In this document: positions 21,789 to 29,666 of the stretch, one piece after another
Numbering within the stretch: the first letter of the stretch is position 1
Layout: every line of letters begins with the position of its first letter
Assembly (NCBI GenBank): GCA_027053075.1
Contig: JALUEE010000038.1
Span: 1-50,992, forward strand
Length of the DNA: 50,992 bases
DNA from: a candidate division WOR-3 bacterium
GTDB lineage: Bacteria > Hydrothermota > Hydrothermia > B15-G9 > WFZT01
Reading direction: 5' to 3'
The notes under the pieces: generated by a model
Database searches by the model: none
Seen by the model: only the letters and a program-made list of their open reading frames with translations
Told to the model about the DNA's origin: nothing
Program-made: the position numbers and the translations under genes

Positions 21789-21920
21789 CCCATTCCACCC
21801 CGACTCTCCCTTCCCAAAGGGAAGGGAGAGAGTCGTCAACGAAGCAGGACAGAACTTTCATCAGAAAGCTAAGGATTTCCCCTCCTTCTCTCGAGAAGGA
21901 GAGGTCAGGGGAGAATGGGG
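21789..21920. repeat. Inverted pair of boxC/PIT-like purine-pyrimidine hairpin repeats
   Basis: CCCATTCCACCCCGACTCTCCCTTCCCAAAGGGAAGGGAGAG (21789-21830) and a reverse copy at 21879-21920; same family as 7171-7313 and 18295-18338. Confidence 0.7.
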
Positions 21921-22014
21921 AAAGAACGAAAATGGAAAGGCATGAGCATTATTATCATGCATGCTTAAGGGAGATTTTTTAAAATGACTATAAAAACAAA
22001 CAGGAGGTAGTTCT

Positions 22015-22866
22015 ATGTATGATCCATTCTCGTTGTTGTTTCTTATACTGACGTTGATAGCCCTGATTTACCCCCAGCTTCAGCATAAATTCCTTATCGG
22101 GGGCAGGCTGTCCCTCATTAAAAAACTTGAGCAAAAACGTGGTTCCAGAGTTATTACCATGATTCACAGGCAGGAAAAGATCGGACTCTTCGGAATTCCC
22201 TTCTTCCGTTTCATTGATATAGAGGATTCAGAAGAGATTTTGAGGGCTATCAGAATGACACCAAAGGATATCCCGATCGACCTCGTATTACACACTCCCG
22301 GTGGACTCGTTCTTGCAGCCACCCAGATAGCGAGGGCAATAAAGGATCATCCAGCTAAAACCACAGTAATAGTCCCTCACTATGCCATGAGTGGCGGAAC
22401 GTTGATAGCTCTTGCAGCCGATGAAATCATCATGGATCCCCATGCTGTTCTTGGTCCTGTCGATCCCCAGCTCTCTGAAGGTCAAGGGGCAGTACCTGCA
22501 GCATCTATCGTTAAAGTTGTGGAGGAGAAAGGGAAAGATAAGGTAGAAGATGATACACTTATCAAGGCTGATGTTGCGAAGAAAGCGCTTGAACAGGTGA
22601 AGAATATTGTATATGACCTGCTCGAAGGAAAGCTGGATGACGAAAAGAGAAAGGAAATAGCGGATAAACTATCTCAGGGGTATTTCACCCATGATTACCC
22701 GATAACTGTTGAGGAAGCCCGTGCCATGGGCTTGAAAGTTTCAACGGATGTGCCAAAAGAGGTCTATGATTTGATGAATCTTTATCCGCAGGCACAGCAT
22801 GGTAAACCCGGAGTGGAGTTTATCCCGGTTCCATACCACAGTCCCAAGGGCTCAAATCACGGATAA
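22015..22866 (+). CDS. SDH-family Clp-fold serine protease (DUF114-like), membrane-anchored
   Basis: N-terminal TM segment; VITMIHRQE, LHTPGGLVLAATQIA, catalytic S (AMSGG), D (PVDPQ) and H (THDYPI). Confidence 0.88.
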   Translation: MYDPFSLLFLILTLIALIYPQLQHKFLIGGRLSLIKKLEQKRGSRVITMIHRQEKIGLFGIPFFRFIDIEDSEEILRAIRMTPKDIPIDLVLHTPGGLVLAATQIARAIKDHPAKTTVIVPHYAMSGGTLIALAADEIIMDPHAVLGPVDPQLSEGQGAVPAASIVKVVEEKGKDKVEDDTLIKADVAKKALEQVKNIVYDLLEGKLDDEKRKEIADKLSQGYFTHDYPITVEEARAMGLKVSTDVPKEVYDLMNLYPQAQHGKPGVEFIPVPYHSPKGSNHG

Positions 22867-22872
22867 TTTATA

Positions 22873-22901
22873 AGCGCCCACGCACTTCGTGCGTGGGCGC
22901 T
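22873..22901 (+). terminator. Perfect hairpin after the SDH protease gene
   Basis: AGCGCCCACGCAC-TTC-GTGCGTGGGCGCT. Confidence 0.6.
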
Positions 22902-23179
22902 CTTAAAAAGAATATCCCATCCCAAAGTCACATTCCCCACATAAATACCTGCAGGGAGAGGTGCATGGTGAGCAGTTGCATTTGACAAAATTTCAATTTC
23001 TAAATTTAACCATACACCCCTACCCTCTCCTTCCTTGAAGAAGAAGGGGAAAAATTTTACCAAAGTTAAATTTTTAAATTTGGTTCGTGGGACGCGCCCT
23101 ATTCACGCAAGTATTCGCTGATACCTACCCGGTAAAAATATAATTCTCAACTCACTACAGATAAATTCCCCTGGGTCGT

Positions 23180-23305
23180 GAACTTGTTCGAAAATTCCCC
23201 CTCCTCTCTTCCCCCCACGCACAAAGTGCGTGGGGGGAAGAACAAGGTAGGGGGGTAAATTTTTCCTAAAAAATCAAAAAATTTGAGATTTTTTCGAATA
23301 GGCTC
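23180..23305. mobile_element. MITE-like element, copy 4 (126 bp) with a 10-bp target-site duplication
   Basis: TIRs GAACTTGTTCGAAAA / TTTTCGAATAGGCTC; exact flanking repeat CCTGGGTCGT (23170-23179, 23306-23315); internal 16-bp-stem hairpin at 23207-23241. Confidence 0.8.
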
Positions 23306-23314
23306 CCTGGGTCG

Positions 23315-23343
23315 TTGATATGACAGTTGGTCAAATTTATACT
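23315..23343 (+). promoter_or_regulatory. Predicted sigma70 promoter for the IDH-like/iorAB operon
   Basis: TTGATA, 17-nt spacer, TATACT. Confidence 0.6.
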
Positions 23344-23391
23344 ATGGAAGGTCTTGAAAATACAATAAATTCTTTCACAAGGAGGTTTAAG

Positions 23392-24609
23392 ATGAACAAA
23401 GAAGAGCTTATTAAAAAGGCTCAGGAGCATTTTGCAAAACTTATTGAGGAGCAGATCGAGAGAGTCGAGAAAATCAAAAAAGATACAGAATGGACCGACT
23501 TTACAAAACTCGACAAAATAAGAATCGGATTTGCAGGTGGAGATGGTATTGGTCCTATCATTTCGCGCGAAACGAGAAGGGTTATCGAATATCTCCTCGC
23601 TGATGAGATCAAATCTGGTCGAATCGAACTCGTTGACATCGAGGGCCTGACCATTGAAAACCGCTTCAAACACATGAAAGCGGTCCCAGATGACGTGCTC
23701 GAGCAGATCAAAACCTGCCACGTCTTCCTTAAAGGACCGACAGAGACCCCACAGGCAGGTGACCCAAGAGGAAATATTGAGAGTGCAAACGTATATCTGA
23801 GACGTGCCCTTGACCTTTTCGCGAATGTCAGACCTGTAAAAATCCCTCAGGAAGGAATTAACTGGACATTCTTCAGAGAGAATACCGAAGGAGCTTACAT
23901 TCTTGGTTCAAAGGGCATTATGGCCACAGATGAGATTGCCTTTGATTTCAAGGTCATCACAAGGCCTGGCGCAGAGCGCATTATCAAGATGGCCTTCGAC
24001 TATGCAAAGAAGAACGGTAAAACGAGGGTTTCCGGCGTTCACAAGGCAAATGTAATCAAAACAAGTGATGGTCTTTTCAGCCTCGTCTTTAGAGAGATTG
24101 CAAAGGAATATCCTGAAATTACCGCCGATGAATGGTACATTGACATTATGACGGCAAAACTCATTGACCCTCAGAGAAGAAAACAATTCCAGGTCATCGT
24201 TCTGCCCAATCTTTATGGTGACATCATCACGGATGAGGCTGCACAGATTCAGGGTGGTGTTGGAACAGCAGGAAGTGCAAATATCGGAAGGCATTACGCT
24301 ATGTTCGAGGCAATTCATGGTTCAGGGACAAGAATGGTGAAGGAAGGACGTGCCGAATACGCTGACCCGAGCTCACTCATGAGAGCAGCCGTCCTCATGC
24401 TTGAGCACATCGGCTTTAACGAGAAGGCGAAGAAACTCGAGATGGCCCTCGATATTTGCGGCGTGTTTGAGAAGAAACTTGTTGTAACAGGAAGACCAAA
24501 TGGTGCATCTGCAAAAGAATACACTGATTACATTCTCGAGACGCTGAAATCACCGGATCTTGAGGCAAAATGGAAGGAGTACTACGAGAAAGCTTTACAG
24601 GGGAAGTAA
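23392..24609 (+). CDS. Isocitrate/isopropylmalate dehydrogenase family protein (isocitrate/homoisocitrate-type substrate motif)
   Basis: GDGIGP, SANVYLRRALDLFANVRP, RENTEG.Y, HKANV, NLYGDIITD and FEAIHGS motifs; SD AAGGAGG before ATG 23392. Confidence 0.88.
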   Translation: MNKEELIKKAQEHFAKLIEEQIERVEKIKKDTEWTDFTKLDKIRIGFAGGDGIGPIISRETRRVIEYLLADEIKSGRIELVDIEGLTIENRFKHMKAVPDDVLEQIKTCHVFLKGPTETPQAGDPRGNIESANVYLRRALDLFANVRPVKIPQEGINWTFFRENTEGAYILGSKGIMATDEIAFDFKVITRPGAERIIKMAFDYAKKNGKTRVSGVHKANVIKTSDGLFSLVFREIAKEYPEITADEWYIDIMTAKLIDPQRRKQFQVIVLPNLYGDIITDEAAQIQGGVGTAGSANIGRHYAMFEAIHGSGTRMVKEGRAEYADPSSLMRAAVLMLEHIGFNEKAKKLEMALDICGVFEKKLVVTGRPNGASAKEYTDYILETLKSPDLEAKWKEYYEKALQGK

Positions 24610-24610
24610 G

Positions 24611-26377
24611 GTGAAGTTATTACTCTCAGGAAATGAGGCGATTGCGAGGGGTGCCTGGGAGGCGGCCTGCCATGTGGCGGCCGCCTACCCAGGCACCCCC
24701 TCCACAGAAATTCTGGAAAATATTGCCTTTTACAATGAAATTAAGGCTGAGTGGGCTCCAAACGAGAAGGTAGCTTTTGAAGCTATGCTCGGAGCCTCAA
24801 TAGGAGGGGCAAGGGCCCTTGTAGCGATGAAGCACGTTGGACTCAACGTTGCCGCTGATCCTCTTATGACCTCTGCCTACGTGGGAGTGAACGGCGGGTT
24901 TGTCATCATTTCTGCCGATGACCCGGGTATGCACAGTTCACAAAACGAGCAGGACAATAGAAGATTTGCCAAATTTGCCAAAATCCCTCTTTTGGAGCCG
25001 GCCGATTCGCAGGAAGCCTACAGCTTTGTTAAAATGGCTTTTGACCTCTCAGAAAAGTACGACACACCGTTCATTGTTCGTAGCACCACCAGAATTTCTC
25101 ATGCAAAGGGGATTGTGGAAGTCGGAGAAAGGAAAGAGGTACCGGTTAAAGAGTACCACAAAGACCCGCAAAAATACACTATGATCCCGGCCTTCGCGAG
25201 AAAGAGACACGAGATTTTAGAAAAGAGACTTGAGGAACTACGGAAGCTCTCAAACACTATAGAAATCAACCAAATCATAGAGGGAAGTCCAGAGATAGGA
25301 ATTGTAACATCTGGAATTGCCTATCAGTACGCAAGAGAGGTATTCCCGAACGCTACCTTTTTAAAGCTGGGTATGCCCTTCCCATTCCCTGATGAGCTCT
25401 TCGAAAAATTCGCATCACTTGTGAAAAAAATCTACGTGGTGGAAGAGCTTGAGCCGTTTCTCGAAGAAGAAATTAAGATTCTCGGCTACCACGACGTAAT
25501 CGGGAAAGACCGTATTCCCAAAATTGGTGAACTGAATCCTCAGATTGTCAGGAAATCTTTGAAAGATGAGGATTTGCAGTCCATCCCTGTTCAGAAAGCG
25601 GTAAAAAGGCCTCCAGCCATGTGCCCCGGATGTCCTCATCTGGGGATTTTCTTTGAGCTTAAGAAGAAAAGAGTCAACGTAATGGGAGATATTGGATGCT
25701 ATACCCTTGCGGTGCTTCCACCAATTGAGAGCATCGATACGACTGTGGATATGGGATTTTCCGTCAGCAGTGTCCACGGCTTCAATATGGCAAGAGGTGA
25801 GAAATCAGCTCGGAAGTCTGTTGCGGTTATCGGAGACTCTACTTTTATTCACAGCGGAATTACAGGGCTCATTGACATTGTTTACAACAAGGGATTTTCC
25901 ACGGTTATCATTCTCGACAACCATACCACTGCAATGACAGGGCACCAGCCGCATCCTGCGACCGGGAAAACCATCAAGGGTGAGCCCACAAAGAAATTGG
26001 ACTTTGTTAAGCTCGCCGAGGCAATAGGAGTAGAAGACATTCATGTGGTCGACCCACACGACCTCAAAGCAACGAGAAAGGCTCTAAAGGAAGCCCTCAG
26101 CTACCCTGGCCCATCGGTTATCATTACTGACAGGCCATGTGTACTCCTTCCTGACGAGTGGAAGAAACTGCAGCAGAATCCCAAAAAGGTTGTTGACCCG
26201 GAGCTCTGTCAGGGTGATAGGTGTGGTAATTGCTTCAGACTGGGATGTCCGGCTATTGTCTGGAAGGACGGCAAGGCCTTTATAGACCCGCTTCTGTGTG
26301 TGGGCTGTGACCTCTGTATCCAGACGTGTCCTTATGACGCAATTCACCCGGAGGATGAATATGAAAAAGGGATATAA
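24611..26377 (+). CDS. iorA: Indolepyruvate:ferredoxin oxidoreductase alpha subunit
   Basis: LLSGNEAIARG, YPGTPSTEI, NEKVA, MKHVGLNVAADP, SSQNEQD, CPGCPH, GDIGCY, GDSTF.HSG and a C-terminal ferredoxin; GTG start. Confidence 0.95.
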   Translation: MKLLLSGNEAIARGAWEAACHVAAAYPGTPSTEILENIAFYNEIKAEWAPNEKVAFEAMLGASIGGARALVAMKHVGLNVAADPLMTSAYVGVNGGFVIISADDPGMHSSQNEQDNRRFAKFAKIPLLEPADSQEAYSFVKMAFDLSEKYDTPFIVRSTTRISHAKGIVEVGERKEVPVKEYHKDPQKYTMIPAFARKRHEILEKRLEELRKLSNTIEINQIIEGSPEIGIVTSGIAYQYAREVFPNATFLKLGMPFPFPDELFEKFASLVKKIYVVEELEPFLEEEIKILGYHDVIGKDRIPKIGELNPQIVRKSLKDEDLQSIPVQKAVKRPPAMCPGCPHLGIFFELKKKRVNVMGDIGCYTLAVLPPIESIDTTVDMGFSVSSVHGFNMARGEKSARKSVAVIGDSTFIHSGITGLIDIVYNKGFSTVIILDNHTTAMTGHQPHPATGKTIKGEPTKKLDFVKLAEAIGVEDIHVVDPHDLKATRKALKEALSYPGPSVIITDRPCVLLPDEWKKLQQNPKKVVDPELCQGDRCGNCFRLGCPAIVWKDGKAFIDPLLCVGCDLCIQTCPYDAIHPEDEYEKGI

Positions 26378-26948
26378 CGTGATCGTTTCCGGTGTTGGGG
26401 GCCAGGGCATCATCCTGGCGTCTGAGCTTCTATCACTTGCTGCCATGGAAGCAGGATACGACGTAAAGAAAAGTGAAGTGCACGGAATGAGCCAGAGAGG
26501 TGGTGACGTGGTTTCACACGTTAGATTTTCAGAGAAAGTCTATTCACCGCTGATTGAGCAGGGAACATGTGACGTTATCCTTGCGTTTGAGAAGGCCGAG
26601 GCACTTCGGTACTTGCACTATCTTAAGCCGAAAGACGGAATCGTAATAATGAACAATTTGGAAATTATCCCGCTGCCCGTGACAGCCGGTGAAGACACCT
26701 ATCCGGAGAATATTGAAAACACCATCAAAAAGTATGCTAACTTAGTGGTAGTTGATGCGATTGATATGGCGAATAACCTTGGGAATCCTCGAGTTGCTAA
26801 CACGATCATGCTGGGTGTGGCCTCAAAGTTTTTTGATATTTCGGAGGATGTGTGGATCAGGGTAATAACAAACCGCGTCCCCAAAAAGACCATAGAAATA
26901 AACAAAAAAGCCTTTGAACTGGGAAGGAATTTAAAGATAGATTTTTAA
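26361..26948 (+). CDS. iorB: Indolepyruvate:ferredoxin oxidoreductase beta subunit
   Basis: GVGGQG, SEVHGMSQRGG, N..MLG and N.KAF..G motifs; SD GGAGG. Confidence 0.93.
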   Translation: MKKGYNVIVSGVGGQGIILASELLSLAAMEAGYDVKKSEVHGMSQRGGDVVSHVRFSEKVYSPLIEQGTCDVILAFEKAEALRYLHYLKPKDGIVIMNNLEIIPLPVTAGEDTYPENIENTIKKYANLVVVDAIDMANNLGNPRVANTIMLGVASKFFDISEDVWIRVITNRVPKKTIEINKKAFELGRNLKIDF

Positions 26949-26967
26949 AAGGGAATTTTAGAGGGAA

Positions 26968-27012
26968 CCCCTCACCTGACCTCTCCCCGCTAAAAATTAT
27001 GCGGGGAGAGGA
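26968..27012. repeat. boxC/PIT-like hairpin repeat
   Basis: CCCCTCACCTGACCTCTCCCCGCTAAAAATTATGCGGGGAGAGGA, closely similar to 6773-6820. Confidence 0.7.
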
Positions 27013-27284
27013 TTTTTGTTAACAATCCACTAAATTTAATCCTAACCAAGAATACTCTCAAAAATTTCAAATCACCATTGTAAAAAGCACTTCACTTTAT
27101 CCATCTCCTCATACCACAAACGAAGTGAATGAGTGAAGACTGATGGGAGGCTTTCATTTTCAAGTACCCAAAAAACTATTTGACATTGCGCATACTTTCA
27201 CTTTATAAACTCCGTAACAAAGAAATTTTTGATGGAGTTTTGAATGTGAAATGGGGAATAACTAAAAAGTTACTATCTGAAAAG

Positions 27285-27422
27285 CAGGGAATGCCTGAAC
27301 ATAAAAGCAGAGAGGGGGCAAAAATCTCTACCCATATAAATACAAAGAATCCTTCAGCAATAAGAAACTACTTGACATCTCTTAATCAGGAGGTGGTAAA
27401 TGGTCAAAGGTACAAAAATTAA
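27285..27422 (+). pseudogene. Degenerate C-terminal fragment of a tyrosine recombinase (integron-integrase/XerD-like)
   Basis: QGMPEHKSREGAKISTHINTKNPSAIRNYL aligns by eye with the box II consensus QELLGH.S..TT.IYTHV...L..I.SPL; the catalytic Tyr position is Ser (TCT). Confidence 0.55.
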
Positions 27423-27442
27423 GACTCATCCAGAGGAATGTT

Positions 27443-27515
27443 TATGCAAACTGTTCGTACATACATCAAGATTGTCAGCGTATCCGAACAGCTCGCATAT
27501 GAACGACTTGTGTGC
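27443..27515 (+). other. Putative attI-like recombination site / left boundary of the cassette
   Basis: Imperfect palindrome TATCCGAAC-A-GCTCGCATA (27481-27499), a related upstream copy at 27443-27466, and CTTGTGTGC (27507-27515), which resembles the complement of the attC R'' (GTTATGCGC). Confidence 0.45.
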
Positions 27516-27541
27516 AATTTGCAAACCAAGGAGGAATCAAC

Positions 27542-29395
27542 ATGAAAATCAAAAAATCAAAATTGAAAAATTTCCGTATATATAAGGATGAAACAGTTAT
27601 AGATTTTGATAATCTAACTGCATTTGTTGGTAAAAATGATATTGGAAAGTCAAGTATTTTAGATGCTCTTGACATATTCTTTAATGAGAAAGATGCACAG
27701 GTTAAACTTGACAAAGAAGACATAAGTAAGGGTTCAAGTAATAATGATATAGAAATTGGTGTGGTATTTGAAGACTACCCGCAAGAAATTGTGATTGATG
27801 CTACCGTTCATACAAATTTGAAAGAAGAATATTTGCTGAATAGGGATAATTTATTGGAAATCCATAAAATTTTCCCCAATGGAGATGTAAAAAAGGTTAA
27901 GACATATATAATAGCTAACCATCCATCAAATGAACGACTTAAAGATCTTCTCACTCTCAAAATATCAGAATTAAAAAAGCTAGCAGAGGAATTAGGAGTA
28001 GATTTATCAGATGAAGATAAAAGAATTGCCTCAGTGATTAGAAAAAAAATACGAGATCATTTTGAGGAGGAAATCCAATTAGACGAGGTTAAGATACCAC
28101 TTGACAAAGAAGGTGCTAAGCAAATTTGGGTTCAAATTAAAAATTACCTCCCGATGTATGCCTTATTTAAATCAGATAGACAAAATGTTGATCAAGATAC
28201 AGAAGTTCAAGACCCTATGAAAATAGCGATAAGAAAACTGCTAAGGGGGGAAGAAATTAGGACCAAGTTAGAAGAAATTAAAAGTGAAGTAGAAAAAGAA
28301 ATAATCGAGATCGCAAACGATACAATTGAGAAGGTAAATGAAATGAATCCTGAGATAGCACAGGAATTAAAGCCTAAAATTCCCGAGCCAAAATGGGAGA
28401 GTGTATTTAAAGGGATAACAATCAGTAGCGATGAAGATATTCCTCTTAATAAAAGGGGGAGTGGAGTTCGTAGGTTAATTTTATTGAATTTTTTTAGAGC
28501 AGAAGCCGAAAAGAAAAAAGAAGAAAGAAGTGTTCCAGATATTATTTATGCCTTTGAAGAACCTGAAACTTCTCAACATCCAGATCATCAGAAGAAATTA
28601 ATTAATGCTTTTTTGTCTTTGTCTGAAAGAAAAGATACCCAGATAATTTTAACAACTCACAGTCCTGGTATTGCCAACTTATTGCCGATAGAAGGTTTAA
28701 GATTTTTATATAAAGATAATGATGGGAAAGTTGTCGTTGAGAAAGGAACTGATGAAGTTTTAGATAAAATAGCTAAGAGTTTAGGTGTATTACCAACAGT
28801 TGATAAAGATAGAATTGAGCAACTTAAATTAGTTGTATGTGTTGAGGGGCCTACTGATGTAGAATTCTTTAGAAGACTTGGTAAAATATTGGATGATAAT
28901 TTAAAAATTGACTTTGAAAATGACAAAAGAATCGTGATAATTCCTTTGGGTGGCTCCACCCTAAAATATTGGGTTGATAATCATTATTTAAGAAAATTAG
29001 GCAAGCCAGAAATTCATATATATGATGGAGACAAAGAGGAAAATAGGAGAAAGGCTGAAGAAATTAACAATCGTGGGGACGGAAGCAAAGGATTTGTTAC
29101 AAATAAAAGAGAAATTGAGAATTACGTCCATCCAAAAATCTTAGAAGATATATTTAGAGAATTAAGCCCAAACTCGTTGATTGATAGAAGACAATCAAAT
29201 TGGATTGATAATTGGAATAAGCTTGATGTACCTAATGAGGTTAAAAACAAAGGTGTTCCGTTAAGAGAGAAAAAGATCAAAGAAAAGATAACTACTGAAG
29301 GGATAGAAAAAATGACATTAGAACTTTTCAAAGAATTAAATGCTTATGATGAAATCAAACAATGGTTTAAAGCAATGAAAGAGGTGATTAGTTGA
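27542..29395 (+). CDS. OLD-family ATP-dependent nuclease (ABC ATPase + TOPRIM), putative anti-phage defence cassette
   Basis: Walker A GKNDIGKSS, signature RGSG, Walker B FEEPE, H-loop TTHSP, TOPRIM VEGPTD and DGD, EIENY; visibly AT-richer than the flanking genes; SD AAGGAGG. Confidence 0.88.
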   Translation: MKIKKSKLKNFRIYKDETVIDFDNLTAFVGKNDIGKSSILDALDIFFNEKDAQVKLDKEDISKGSSNNDIEIGVVFEDYPQEIVIDATVHTNLKEEYLLNRDNLLEIHKIFPNGDVKKVKTYIIANHPSNERLKDLLTLKISELKKLAEELGVDLSDEDKRIASVIRKKIRDHFEEEIQLDEVKIPLDKEGAKQIWVQIKNYLPMYALFKSDRQNVDQDTEVQDPMKIAIRKLLRGEEIRTKLEEIKSEVEKEIIEIANDTIEKVNEMNPEIAQELKPKIPEPKWESVFKGITISSDEDIPLNKRGSGVRRLILLNFFRAEAEKKKEERSVPDIIYAFEEPETSQHPDHQKKLINAFLSLSERKDTQIILTTHSPGIANLLPIEGLRFLYKDNDGKVVVEKGTDEVLDKIAKSLGVLPTVDKDRIEQLKLVVCVEGPTDVEFFRRLGKILDDNLKIDFENDKRIVIIPLGGSTLKYWVDNHYLRKLGKPEIHIYDGDKEENRRKAEEINNRGDGSKGFVTNKREIENYVHPKILEDIFRELSPNSLIDRRQSNWIDNWNKLDVPNEVKNKGVPLREKKIKEKITTEGIEKMTLELFKELNAYDEIKQWFKAMKEVIS

Positions 29396-29408
29396 ATATG
29401 CACACTGC

Positions 29409-29493
29409 GCATAACAAGCGGGTATCTGGTTCGGGCTTTCAGCCCTCACACAAATCGCCTTCGGCGACTTCAAATACCCGCCCAGCGTTAGAG
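29409..29493 (+). other. Integron attC site
   Basis: R'' GCATAAC (29409-29415); complementary arms GCGGGTAT / ATACCCGC; internal hairpins GGGC-TTTCA-GCCC and TCGCC-TTC-GGCGA; R' GTTAGAG (29487-29493); begins 13 bp after the OLD stop codon. Confidence 0.8.
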
Positions 29494-29666
29494 GAAGGGG
29501 ATATAGATTTTCGTATTTGATTAAGGAGGGATTTATATAAACTGGGGATAATCGCGTTCTAACCAGTGAAGATTTGTGGGACATCATAAACGAAATTCAA
29601 TCATCTGTGGGGAAAGGCTTTTTAAAACTGTCTCATTCGTTGGCTGGTGAAAGTAATGTCTTATAA

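Noticed and set aside
27542..29395. Gabija, retron or PARIS multi-gene system
   Set aside because: No helicase, reverse transcriptase or separate ATPase partner is adjacent; the gene is followed directly by attC.
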